Of a stretch of DNA of 64,000 bases, positions 18,379 to 27,530 are shown piece by piece. The stretch is from a virus. The first letter of the stretch is position 1, and each line of letters begins with the position of its first letter. Both the position numbers and the translations under genes were made by a program. The stretch is from positions 32,001-96,000 of IMG/VR virus record IMGVR_UViG_3300021405_000007. The stretch is one strand, 5' to 3'. The notes below the pieces were generated by a model, which searched no databases, was not told the DNA's origin, and was given only the letters and a program-made list of their open reading frames with translations.

Positions 18379-19185
18379 ATGACGTCCATTAAAAAGGGTT
18401 GGAATGTAGAAGTAGCTAAACCTACAAAACGTCAATCCACTCTCCCTAAAGTAAATTTAAAAAAAGAACAATTTGACCAACTTATACTTGACCAAGGTGT
18501 AAATGTAAGAGTCTTTAGAACAGTTCCATGCCCTAATGTTAAGTCTATTGAAGCTGGGGAGCATGAGATTGATTGTCCACTTTGCCGTGGTTCTCAATTC
18601 GTGGATCGATACCCATTAGAAACTAGAGTTGTGATTCAATCCGTACAAACAGAAGTAGCTCACTTAGTTGAAGGTCTTTACGACGGTAATACGGTCACTA
18701 TTACCCTCCCAAGCGGTGTAGAATGCCAATATTACACCATGATTGAATTAGTTAACTATACCGAAATTTATATTGAACGTGTGTCCCGGCAATTAGGACA
18801 AGTAGATGTTCTAAAATTCCCAGCTACTAGGGTCAATTTGTTAATTGATCAACACGGCAAGGAATACCTTGAAGGTGCAGACTTTAGCGTAGATCTTAAC
18901 AGCAATATAAAATGGGGAACTAATAGAGGCCCGGTAGAAGGCACTATTTACTCAATTCATTATGAAACCAAAGTACGGTACCGTACTGTACGGGCACTGC
19001 ACACCAATCGTTATGGCAATATAACCGAAAACGGTGTGGATGATATGACTAAGATGGCGGAATCATGGTTAGGCTTCAAAATTTTCTTAGTTGACAGAAA
19101 AGATCAACTGGGCAATCTAGTTAGGAGTAATAAACTCCCACTTCATGAGATTTCTGATGATTCCGATTATTACACTACAACTTAA
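18379..19185 (+). CDS. Neck/head-closure protein
   Basis: F..LI..QG..V...CP......CPLCRG; WG...P..G..YSI.Y; position among neck genes. Confidence 0.65.
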   Translation: MTSIKKGWNVEVAKPTKRQSTLPKVNLKKEQFDQLILDQGVNVRVFRTVPCPNVKSIEAGEHEIDCPLCRGSQFVDRYPLETRVVIQSVQTEVAHLVEGLYDGNTVTITLPSGVECQYYTMIELVNYTEIYIERVSRQLGQVDVLKFPATRVNLLIDQHGKEYLEGADFSVDLNSNIKWGTNRGPVEGTIYSIHYETKVRYRTVRALHTNRYGNITENGVDDMTKMAESWLGFKIFLVDRKDQLGNLVRSNKLPLHEISDDSDYYTTT

Positions 19186-19355
19186 ATAGTGGATTCTAAG
19201 TCTTCTACTTCTAATATTTCAAAAGATCCGACTGCATAACCCTCGATTACTAGGTGCCTAGCCTCTTTATCTACTTCTCTTCTTGTTGAGAAGATTCCTG
19301 AGTGGATCGCATCTTCCATGGATTCATCCTTGAATTTAATTACGTATTTTTTCAT
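19182..19355 (-). CDS. Small hypothetical protein (57 aa)
   Basis: AAGGAG RBS; MKKYVIKFKDESMEDAIHSGIFSTRREV...; not in the ORF track. Confidence 0.6.
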   Translation of the reverse strand: MKKYVIKFKDESMEDAIHSGIFSTRREVDKEARHLVIEGYAVGSFEILEVEDLESTI

Positions 19356-19377
19356 AGTTTTTTACTCCTTTAATTTT

Positions 19378-19587
19378 TTAGAAGTCAAAGCCGTCATTAT
19401 CTAGCTCTTCGTCATCTTCCTAATAATTTTCAGTTTCTAGAAAGTCTTCATCATCAAAGTCTTCTTCTAATAGATCATCTGATTCTTTATCTTCGTGAAA
19501 TCCACCATCTTCGTATTCTTTTTCTAAGTTTCCAAAGGCTAACTCATTCATTTCTTTACTTAATTTTATCATTTCTTCTATTCTCAT
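19378..19587 (-). CDS. Small very acidic protein with in-frame TAG at 19420-19422
   Basis: AAGGAG RBS; MRIEEMIKLSKEMNELAFGNLEKEYEDGGFHEDKESDDLLEEDFDDEDFLETENY*EDDEELDNDGFDF*. Confidence 0.55.
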
Positions 19588-19624
19588 GATCGTTACTCCT
19601 TTATGGTTACTTTTTACAATACAC

Positions 19625-19651
19625 TCTTCGGTAGATTTTTAAAAAACTTTA
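19625..19651 (-). promoter_or_regulatory. sigma-28-type promoter
   Basis: Reverse strand TAAAGTTT-N11-ACCGAAGA upstream of 19587. Confidence 0.65.
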
Positions 19652-19659
19652 GAAAAAAG

Positions 19660-19751
19660 TTGCATCTTTTGACAATAATCAGTAAACTATAATTAACTCA
19701 TTGAGGGTAGTATAGCTAACTCTTCAAGATTCTTACCAAATTTGGTAAAAT
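19660..19751 (+). promoter_or_regulatory. sigma-70-type promoter elements for the sigma gene
   Basis: TTGCAT-N17-TAAACT (19660-19688) and extended -10 TGGTAAAAT (19743-19751). Confidence 0.4.
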
Positions 19752-19785
19752 AATTAAAAAATTTTTATTAAATTTGGATTCAATC

Positions 19786-20976
19786 ATGCAAGATGACTTA
19801 GATATCGTCAACGAGAATGATATTCTTGTTATAGAGACGATAGTTTACAATGACAACTCTTCTTACGCTGAAGACAATTCTTCACCTTCCCTTAAAACCT
19901 ATATAAGACAACTATCTAAATTTCCACTTCTTACCCGAGAACAAGAACTTTCGCTCACGAGAAACCTCAAAAAGAACCGTGAGATCCTTTATTCAGCCTT
20001 TATGAAAACCCCAGAATGTCGTCTAGAACTTATGCAAATGCTCAACGCTAAGGTAGGTAGAGCTCGTAGAATGTTTGATCATATAGCAGAAGCTACCGAT
20101 GACGATGAGAAGGTTCTGAATCTTCAAGAAGAGCTAGCCAATGCCATAAAAGATAATAACTTCTCCAAGAAAAATCACAAGAATTTTCAGAACTTAGTTA
20201 TCCCTTTTAATGATTTTTATAGACTAGTTAATATTCTAAAAGCAAAAGAACTCACTCCTGAAGTCTCTAAAGCCCTCAATGAATACAACCAAATGAAGAA
20301 AAGGTTGTCAGAGTGTAATCTTCGTTTAGTCTTCGCTAGGGCTAAGAGATTTATGAATAGAGGCATGTCTTTAGAGGATCTTATCCAAGAGGGTAACGTG
20401 GGATTACTTAAGGCAATTGAGAAGTATAATCCAGAAAAAGGAAACAAATTCAGCACTTATGCTACTTGGTGGATTGATCAAGCTTTTGGCCGCGCTTTAG
20501 TGGACAAAAGTAAACTTGTACGTATCCCTGTACATATGGTTGATTCCATCAATAAAGTCAATAAAGCTTTTCAGACTCTTTCTGAGACTCTGACACATGA
20601 ACCTAGCAATGAAGAAATAGCAAAACTTACGGGACTAACTCTAGAGAAAGTTCGAAAAGTCAGAAACTCCATTATTCTAAAAGCTAAGTACCTTCAAGAA
20701 TTTCAAAATGATAAAGCTCTTCCTAAAATTATGGATTTTCCCGACGAGTCTAAAAATCCCGAAGAGCAACTCGAAGAGAAAGAATTAAGTGTTAAAGTAC
20801 GGGAATTTTTAGCAACTCTTTCGCCGCAAGAAGAAAAGATTTTAAGACTCAGGTTCGGAATTGGTGAAGCGAGAAGCTATGAAGTACAAGAAATAGCGAA
20901 CACTGTAAAATTAACACGTCAAAGAGTTTCTCAAATTCTCAATAAGACTAAGAAATTATGGGAATTTAAGGTATAA
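19786..20976 (+). CDS. Phage-encoded RpoD/SigA-like RNA polymerase sigma factor
   Basis: Region 1.2 YIRQLSKFPLLTREQE; region 2 NLRLV...DLIQEGNVGL.KA.EK...KFSTYATWWI; RIPVHM; region 4 LSPQEEKILRLRFGIGE...TRQRVSQI. Confidence 0.93.
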   Translation: MQDDLDIVNENDILVIETIVYNDNSSYAEDNSSPSLKTYIRQLSKFPLLTREQELSLTRNLKKNREILYSAFMKTPECRLELMQMLNAKVGRARRMFDHIAEATDDDEKVLNLQEELANAIKDNNFSKKNHKNFQNLVIPFNDFYRLVNILKAKELTPEVSKALNEYNQMKKRLSECNLRLVFARAKRFMNRGMSLEDLIQEGNVGLLKAIEKYNPEKGNKFSTYATWWIDQAFGRALVDKSKLVRIPVHMVDSINKVNKAFQTLSETLTHEPSNEEIAKLTGLTLEKVRKVRNSIILKAKYLQEFQNDKALPKIMDFPDESKNPEEQLEEKELSVKVREFLATLSPQEEKILRLRFGIGEARSYEVQEIANTVKLTRQRVSQILNKTKKLWEFKV

Positions 20977-20982
20977 TTTAGA

Positions 20983-21747
20983 ATGGCCTCGAATGAAATT
21001 ACATTCAAAATTAGTGATGAAATCAAGAAGTTAGGTCAAGACTTAGAAGCCTTAGCACCTAGAATTCGTGATGAGCTAAATGGCATTGTTGGAGATTTAG
21101 CAAAAGCTACCTACAATCAAATAGTGGCAAAAGCTCAAATGGAGCTTCATAGCACCAGATTAGACTACCTTAGAGGTTTACAATTTCAACAAGTTGGCCC
21201 TAATGACTATATGATAAGTTTGGATGGTTTTTTTGCTAATTCATTAGAAGATGGTCGGCCACCTTATTCTTTGAATGAGGCGCTGCTCAAGTCAGCCAAA
21301 GAGGTAAGCACGGGTAGTAGAGCGGGTGAACCTTGGGTTCGAAAGAACAAACAAGGGAAGCGTTATGCGGCTGTACCATTTGAACAGTCTCAAATGAGAG
21401 TAGAAATGGGTTTGCCTACTTTGAGAGTTACAAACCCTTTTACCGATAAAAAACAAAAGATAAATCAACTATTTAAAGATTTTGATAAAAATATAATTCA
21501 AGGAAAAGTAGGTAGTTTTAACATCCCTAGTGCACCTAACGAACTGCAAGGATTGACTAAATACCAACACACAAATAAAGAAACCGGCAAAACTAGAAGT
21601 ACTTACGTGACTTTTAGAATGATCAGTGAAAATGGTAAACAATGGACTCACCCCGGTTTTTCTGGACTTCATGCTTTCGAAGAAGCCATGAAAATGGTAG
21701 ACGTCCAATTTGAAAAAATGCTAAATGAATTATTTGATAAAATATAA
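20983..21747 (+). CDS. Neck/virion morphogenesis protein
   Basis: L.STR..Y..GL, AN.LE.G, Y.TFR..SE....W.HPG; position between neck and sheath. Confidence 0.6.
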   Translation: MASNEITFKISDEIKKLGQDLEALAPRIRDELNGIVGDLAKATYNQIVAKAQMELHSTRLDYLRGLQFQQVGPNDYMISLDGFFANSLEDGRPPYSLNEALLKSAKEVSTGSRAGEPWVRKNKQGKRYAAVPFEQSQMRVEMGLPTLRVTNPFTDKKQKINQLFKDFDKNIIQGKVGSFNIPSAPNELQGLTKYQHTNKETGKTRSTYVTFRMISENGKQWTHPGFSGLHAFEEAMKMVDVQFEKMLNELFDKI

Positions 21748-21756
21748 GGTATTGAT

Positions 21757-22710
21757 ATGGCAATGATAATTCCAGAAATTATTTTACAAAGTATTATCGA
21801 TGATGGTTTTACTGATATCAGAAATAACCCTGATACTTTTAGTGATGTTTTCGGTAGTTTAACTCGCGGTTTTGCAACAAGAAGATATGGTAATTCTGAA
21901 ATTGCAAAAATTACCAAAATGGTACAAAATACTCAAATTCCAGTAGTTTTTAGCTACGGAATAGTTGAAGCGAATATCCCCTGTATAAGTATCCTTATTA
22001 ATTCAGATTTAGAAGATACTAATCGGTCTGGTATGTCTGACCATCTTGGATTCGCTGATATACCTTTTATAGACCCTTCTCAGTTAGCTGCTTTAGTCTA
22101 TGCTGGCCCTTTTCAACCCACTTCCTATAATCCTTTATCCGGTCAAATTGTCATCCCAGACTCAGTAGATTTATCTCAGGTTTATGCCAACCTTTTGTTC
22201 GTAGATAGCACCGGTACCGAATTCCCAATCTTAGGAGGTATTTCTGACACTGTTGGGAGTAAGCAGATCGTAATAGCCAAACAAGCTACTGTTAGCCTTA
22301 ATCCCGGAGCGGTCATAAAATCTTCAATAGACTTTAGTCGAGTTGAAGTTAAAGCCAACACTGAGAATGTTTCTCTAATGGTGGGAGTGCACAGCAAAGA
22401 CCCTTTAACCACTAAGTGGTTGTATACACTAGTAAAATACTTTCTTCTTTCTAGAAAAGAATCTTTAATTAAACGTGATTTCAATTTAGCTACTTATTCA
22501 GGTTCAGATTTTGCTAGGGACATGAATTACTCTGGAGATGCCGTTTTTACAAGATTTTTAACTGTTTCCGGCGTCATTCAGAATCAATGGAATTCTGAAA
22601 ACATCGATCTATTTGATAATGTTGAGATTAATCTACAAATTCCAAAAGATGTTTATGATAGCCAACAATTAGGAATAGAAGCCGACGAAACTATAAAAAC
22701 AATTCTATAA
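21757..22710 (+). CDS. Putative tail completion/terminator protein
   Basis: Upstream of sheath; PCISI, VG.HS, F.R.L.V motifs. Confidence 0.5.
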   Translation: MAMIIPEIILQSIIDDGFTDIRNNPDTFSDVFGSLTRGFATRRYGNSEIAKITKMVQNTQIPVVFSYGIVEANIPCISILINSDLEDTNRSGMSDHLGFADIPFIDPSQLAALVYAGPFQPTSYNPLSGQIVIPDSVDLSQVYANLLFVDSTGTEFPILGGISDTVGSKQIVIAKQATVSLNPGAVIKSSIDFSRVEVKANTENVSLMVGVHSKDPLTTKWLYTLVKYFLLSRKESLIKRDFNLATYSGSDFARDMNYSGDAVFTRFLTVSGVIQNQWNSENIDLFDNVEINLQIPKDVYDSQQLGIEADETIKTIL

Positions 22711-22720
22711 GACACGGGCA

Positions 22721-22729
22721 TGATATAAT
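22721..22729 (+). promoter_or_regulatory. Extended -10 (putative late) promoter for the sheath operon
   Basis: TGATATAAT in intergenic DNA. Confidence 0.6.
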
Positions 22730-22779
22730 TATTATGTTCTTGTCCCATATTATGTTAATAAATCCAAGAGATTGAATTA

Positions 22780-23025
22780 ATGGGAAAGAAATTGAAAAAA
22801 ATAAATCTAGATTCAAATGTTCTGGAATCTGAAGCGGTTGAGATTGTTCCTCAAATGATCAAAGTCTCTCCAATGATGACTTTTGAAGCTTGGTTCCAGA
22901 AAAAGGTTAAAGAAGGCAAACTTCAGGAATGGCAAACAAAAGCTGTGAGCATTTTCTTTAAGAAGCGAGGCTTAAAGGAAATAGAGTCTGAAGATCAATT
23001 CGATGAAATTTTCAAAATTTTTTAG
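22780..23025 (+). CDS. Hypothetical protein upstream of sheath
   Basis: 81-aa ORF in the sheath operon. Confidence 0.55.
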   Translation: MGKKLKKINLDSNVLESEAVEIVPQMIKVSPMMTFEAWFQKKVKEGKLQEWQTKAVSIFFKKRGLKEIESEDQFDEIFKIF

Positions 23026-23042
23026 ATTAAGGTATCAACAAA

Positions 23043-25190
23043 ATGGCTATTAAAACAAATTTCGGTGGAAGCACTATTTATCATCCAGGTGCTTATTCAA
23101 AATCGATCACCAACCCAACTCCCGGCTCTAATGTTGTATCAACCGATACCCTATTTCTTATTGGTGAGGCCTCTGGTGGCCAACCAGGTTCAAGCGCTGG
23201 TATAGTGTTTTACCCAGCTTCAGCTGCTTCCCAAATTCAATCTATTTATCAATCCGGCCCTATTGTAGACGCAATCATGAATTGTTTAGCTCCCCTGAAA
23301 CTATCAGGCGGTGGTGGTCCGGGTTTAATTGGTATATATAAAACCAACGCATCTGTGCAAGCATCTCTATCATTAGCTAGTTCTTACGCTACCTTAAAAG
23401 CTTTAGATTACGGCGTAAATGGAAACAGGATCACTGCTAAAATTATTGTTTCTGCAGAAGTATCTCCAGCAGTAACTGGTTCAGCAGCAGTAACTAACTT
23501 TGGTGGTTTAAACACTGAAACTTTAGTAATTAGAACAAATGGTGCAGCTTCAGTCACAGTTACATTCTCTTCTCCTGCAAGTATTGCTGATGTGATTTCT
23601 CAAATCAATTCTCAAGACACCCAAGTAACAGCGAGTCAAGTTGGTGGAATTCTTACGATTACCAAAAATACATCGGCTAATCATAATAGGGATGGTTTTG
23701 GTTCTACTATTGAAATTGTTAGCGGTTCTGCCTTAGGCCTTTTGTTTCTAACAGCTGGTCAATTTGGAGTAGCCGCTTCAGAACAAACCGCAACCGTAAC
23801 CTTAGCAAGTTCTGCTATTAATGTAACTGAAACTGATGTAGAAGGCGGAGCAATCGCTCTATCTATCGGTAGAACTAATGCTAGTTCTTGTACAGCTGCA
23901 ACAGTTCAAGTCAGTTCAACTAGTTTGGTGCTTACCGCAACGGGTTCAACTTCTTATAACTTTACCTTAAGCCAATACCCTTTAATTAAAGATTTAGTAG
24001 CAGCTATTAATAACGTAGCTGGAGGTTGGTCTGTAACTGCTAATGCAACCTTACAAAGTCTACCGTCATCAGCACTTGATGAAATGACCATTGGAGCATT
24101 TTCTGAAGCTGGTAACCAACCTGCTAGGATTAAAATTGATGCTTATTCAATGTCTCACGCTTTTGATTCATCCCAATTAGTTTCTATTGCCATGACTGCA
24201 GTAGCTGGTTTACCAGACCAACTTTCTCCTGCTGCTAGTTTAGCTGGTGGATTGTTGGGTGCAAGCGCTTCTTCTGACTTCGAAAATGCTTTAACTTTAT
24301 CTTTATCCGAAGACGTAAATGTTATCGTTCCTTTAATTAGCCAAGATGCTTCGGCTGACATCAGTATGGGTGTAACTGACTCTAGTTCTACTTACGATGT
24401 AGAAGCTGTTCAAGCAGCCCTTTCTTCTAACTTGGCATTACGCGGCAATATTAAAAATCGTCGCGAAGCTCAAGGGGTTGTAGGATACAGAGTTAATACT
24501 GCAGCTGCTATGTATGCCCAAGCAGCTTTGTTAGCCGATTCCAATACTCAATTAGTTGGACAGGATGTTTTAGTAGTAGATTCAACTGGTAATCTAAATT
24601 ATAAACAACCACACATCTTAGCTGCAATGATTGCAGGTGCTCGTTTAGGTGTTGATATCGGTGAACCTTTAACTTACAAATTCATTGCAGTTTCAGCAGT
24701 GGGTCATTTTGTTAATCCATCTACTGGTGTTTCTGGTGGTGATTTCAACCCAGTAATCGATGGTGATGCAGCTATCCAAGCCGGGGTTACTTATTTGGAA
24801 CCAGCTCAAGGAGCTTTCCGAATAGCAGTAGACAATACTACTTACGGTGCAGATGCTAATTTTGTTTACAATCGTGGTTCAGTGGTACAAGCTGCTCAAT
24901 ACATTGCTAAAACGATCCGTAATGATGCTGAACTTACTTTCGTAGGTAAGAAAACTTCAATCGTTGATGCTAATGCCATTAAATCAAGAATTTCAACAAT
25001 ATTACGTCAATTATTAGTAGCTCAAATTATAGTCCCTTCAACTGGTTATCCTTTGGGTTATAATACTGACACTTTTACCGTACAAGTTGTTGGAAACACA
25101 GCTAGCGTTCAACTCGAAGTATTCCCAGTACTTGGCCTCGACTTTGTGCTGATTACTTTTACGTTATCGGAAGCTACTTCTAACGCTTAA
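23043..25190 (+). CDS. Contractile tail sheath protein
   Basis: N-terminal F.G..I.HPGAYS, IG.A.GG.P; GEPLTYK; C-terminal DNTTY...F.G...PV..LDFV.I. Confidence 0.9.
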   Translation: MAIKTNFGGSTIYHPGAYSKSITNPTPGSNVVSTDTLFLIGEASGGQPGSSAGIVFYPASAASQIQSIYQSGPIVDAIMNCLAPLKLSGGGGPGLIGIYKTNASVQASLSLASSYATLKALDYGVNGNRITAKIIVSAEVSPAVTGSAAVTNFGGLNTETLVIRTNGAASVTVTFSSPASIADVISQINSQDTQVTASQVGGILTITKNTSANHNRDGFGSTIEIVSGSALGLLFLTAGQFGVAASEQTATVTLASSAINVTETDVEGGAIALSIGRTNASSCTAATVQVSSTSLVLTATGSTSYNFTLSQYPLIKDLVAAINNVAGGWSVTANATLQSLPSSALDEMTIGAFSEAGNQPARIKIDAYSMSHAFDSSQLVSIAMTAVAGLPDQLSPAASLAGGLLGASASSDFENALTLSLSEDVNVIVPLISQDASADISMGVTDSSSTYDVEAVQAALSSNLALRGNIKNRREAQGVVGYRVNTAAAMYAQAALLADSNTQLVGQDVLVVDSTGNLNYKQPHILAAMIAGARLGVDIGEPLTYKFIAVSAVGHFVNPSTGVSGGDFNPVIDGDAAIQAGVTYLEPAQGAFRIAVDNTTYGADANFVYNRGSVVQAAQYIAKTIRNDAELTFVGKKTSIVDANAIKSRISTILRQLLVAQIIVPSTGYPLGYNTDTFTVQVVGNTASVQLEVFPVLGLDFVLITFTLSEATSNA

Positions 25191-25201
25191 GGAATTGTTG
25201 A

Positions 25202-25744
25202 ATGAGCGATAAACTCATAGATTGGGATGCGATACGAGTACCTCTAGACTTTAATAAAGCTAAAAAAGCTAGAGGTGAATACTCTTCTTACAGAGAGTTA
25301 GTAGCAAAATCTCAAGAAATGATGGTAAAAGCTCAACAAGCACAAGAACTTAGAAAAGCTCAAGAATTAGAACTGAAACCAAAGTTGATAGATAGATTGG
25401 TTAACCGCACTCCAATCACTGTTATGAGATCTTTTCAAAATCCCACTGAGACCGCTAACGGTATGGTGAACGATGAAGAAGATGACGGATTTTATACAGT
25501 AGTTAAAAGTAGTAATAATGGTAGTGGAATTAGATTTCAAGAAGTGATGGAAACGATTCCAGCTGGAGAAGTGCTCCAATTTAAAACGTTAGAAAAGACT
25601 CTAGGACAATTAATATTTAAAAGTAAGTCAGGTCGAGAATATTGCATATATAAAGATCCAACAGTTATGTTTCAGGGACAAACGATAGATAATCCAGCAT
25701 ACTGGGGACTTATTTTTAACTGTGATTTGAATAAAGAAATTTAA
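25202..25744 (+). CDS. Hypothetical virion protein with several K|S/A motifs
   Basis: FNKA, MVKA, LRKA, VVKS; between sheath and tube. Confidence 0.45.
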   Translation: MSDKLIDWDAIRVPLDFNKAKKARGEYSSYRELVAKSQEMMVKAQQAQELRKAQELELKPKLIDRLVNRTPITVMRSFQNPTETANGMVNDEEDDGFYTVVKSSNNGSGIRFQEVMETIPAGEVLQFKTLEKTLGQLIFKSKSGREYCIYKDPTVMFQGQTIDNPAYWGLIFNCDLNKEI

Positions 25745-25755
25745 GGAGATAAAAA

Positions 25756-26196
25756 ATGGCAAGAATTTTAACGGGTTCCAAAGCGCAGATTAGAATCAAT
25801 GGAAACATCGTTGCATTCGCATCAAACGTTTCTGTTGACTATGATTATGCATTGGCTAATGCAGATATCTTAGGACAATTGGAAACAGGCGATCTTGCGG
25901 AAGTTGGACATACTGCGAGGGCTACTTGCGATCACTTCATGCTCGTAGATCAAAGTTTTGCTTCTACTGCAGTAGAACTTGGTTTTGAAAATGCAATTCT
26001 TTCAGCAATGAGAGACCAAGCATACTTCGATATCGAAATCTTTGATACCACCAATAACAATGAAATTCGCATGAAATTAGGTGACTGCAAATTTGCTGGC
26101 GGTAGTGGTAGAATGGCTTCTCGTGACATGTTTACTGGTACTTGGAACTTCACAGCTAGGTTCGTCGAACACACTAGTGCTCGCGCTGGTTTATAA
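25756..26196 (+). CDS. Tail tube protein
   Basis: ILTGSKAQIRING..VAFA..V, LG.LE....A..G; strong RBS; downstream of sheath. Confidence 0.8.
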   Translation: MARILTGSKAQIRINGNIVAFASNVSVDYDYALANADILGQLETGDLAEVGHTARATCDHFMLVDQSFASTAVELGFENAILSAMRDQAYFDIEIFDTTNNNEIRMKLGDCKFAGGSGRMASRDMFTGTWNFTARFVEHTSARAGL

Positions 26197-26244
26197 CCTA
26201 AATACTTGAAATAATTAGTCATTTAACTTTTGAAGGAGGGCTTT

Positions 26245-26478
26245 ATGCCAGACCAAAAACCTACTAAGCTTAAGATCTACAATAAAAAACCAGGTCAGAT
26301 CTCTTCTGGCTCAAACACTGCTATAGAAGTTGACGGTAAATTATTACCTCACGTAACTTTCATTAAAATTGAACTAAAACCCAATAAATTAGCAAAAGTT
26401 ACCATGGAACTACTTCTAGATATGGAGAGCGTAGATCTAGAAGTAGAGTCATCTACTTTGAAGTGTTTAAGGTCATAA
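26245..26478 (+). CDS. Hypothetical protein
   Basis: AGGAGG RBS; IEVDGK.L..VT..K.E beta pattern. Confidence 0.5.
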   Translation: MPDQKPTKLKIYNKKPGQISSGSNTAIEVDGKLLPHVTFIKIELKPNKLAKVTMELLLDMESVDLEVESSTLKCLRS

Positions 26479-26481
26479 GAA

Positions 26482-27306
26482 GTGGCTCTTGAAAAAACAT
26501 TTAGGAGTGTCCCACCCCAAGCGTTCACTGCAGATGGTACTTCCAATGGTATTGTAAAAATTGCTGATACTACATCTTTTAAGATTGGTCAGCATGTTAG
26601 AGTTCAAGCTGTTGGTCAATCTGATCTTATAGTTAAAATTACTGATATCACAGATATAAACACGATTATGGTAGATGCTAATATAAGCCTCTACACTTTA
26701 ATTGATTCTGCTAGTATTAGTGCAGCAGCTCAAAGACGCTCGATAGTTGGCTCTATAGATGTGCTAAGAGCGGTATATTCGGAAGCCCCAACAGTAGCAT
26801 TTAGAACTACTTTGGTTGATCAATTAGGTAATAGCTATAATGATAGTAATCCCTTACCGATGGCCTTCGATGGCACTATCAATATAGGCGATGTAACGAT
26901 CACCGATGGGACAAATGATTTAAAGGTAAACTCTGATGGTTCCATAAATGTAGTAACCGAGTCTATAGCGGGCGCAGTTACCAATATTTTTTCTCAGATT
27001 TCTTCCCTAGTAGCTAACTCTCAAACTCAAATTTTAAGTTATACCGTACCTATATCTCAGACTTTTCTTTTGGCTGAAGTAGAAGTAAGCGGGACTAATA
27101 TTGCCGTTTACGAGGTCTATATAGGCGGGGTTTTGCAAGCTCGGAGAAGAACCTATTTTGGGGGTTCTTTATCCGATGAGTTTAATTTTACTGCCGGTAG
27201 TGGCCCTTTAATGATTGCCTCGGGAGGTATAATTAGTGTGAAAGTAACACACATGCGTCCTGACGTTGGTGATTTTGAGGCTAGATTATTAGGCGTACTT
27301 CAATAA
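26482..27306 (+). CDS. Virion appendage/decoration protein
   Basis: N-terminus paralogous to 12189; C-terminal beta domain resembles that of 27531. Confidence 0.55.
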   Translation: MALEKTFRSVPPQAFTADGTSNGIVKIADTTSFKIGQHVRVQAVGQSDLIVKITDITDINTIMVDANISLYTLIDSASISAAAQRRSIVGSIDVLRAVYSEAPTVAFRTTLVDQLGNSYNDSNPLPMAFDGTINIGDVTITDGTNDLKVNSDGSINVVTESIAGAVTNIFSQISSLVANSQTQILSYTVPISQTFLLAEVEVSGTNIAVYEVYIGGVLQARRRTYFGGSLSDEFNFTAGSGPLMIASGGIISVKVTHMRPDVGDFEARLLGVLQ

Positions 27307-27321
27307 CAATTAAGGTATCTT

Positions 27322-27504
27322 ATGCTTCCTCTAGATTTAAAAAGAATAAAACTTGAATTAGTTAAGGTGGCGGCTGCAAGAGCTGAACTTGAGTTCAGAA
27401 TTGAAGAGCGCTTAGACGATATCGAAAGAATAAAAGCTAACATTCAAATTCAATTAGATAAAGAATCAGAATTACAAAAAAAGATAGCAGAAGCTTCAGT
27501 TTAA
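27322..27504 (+). CDS. Small coiled-coil protein (fibre chaperone-like)
   Basis: Continuous heptads, between fibre-like genes. Confidence 0.45.
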   Translation: MLPLDLKRIKLELVKVAAARAELEFRIEERLDDIERIKANIQIQLDKESELQKKIAEASV

Positions 27505-27530
27505 ACAAATGTTTTTTATAAGGTATCGAT

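Noticed and set aside
19420-19422. Genome-wide TAG recoding (alternative genetic code)
   Set aside because: Many genes end normally in TAG (12611, 13080, 17943, 32218, 42874, 55873) and coding density under code 11 is high.
19786-20976. Idea that the phage sigma itself reads the TAAAGTTT/GCCGATA promoters (RVSQI resembles FliA region 4.2)
   Set aside because: Regions 1.2 and 2.3-3.0 are clearly RpoD-type (TATAAT-reading); not formally excluded without an assay.
21442-21449. ACCGATAA inside gene 20983 (and CCCGATAA near 49188)
   Set aside because: Intragenic, with no correctly spaced -35 element.
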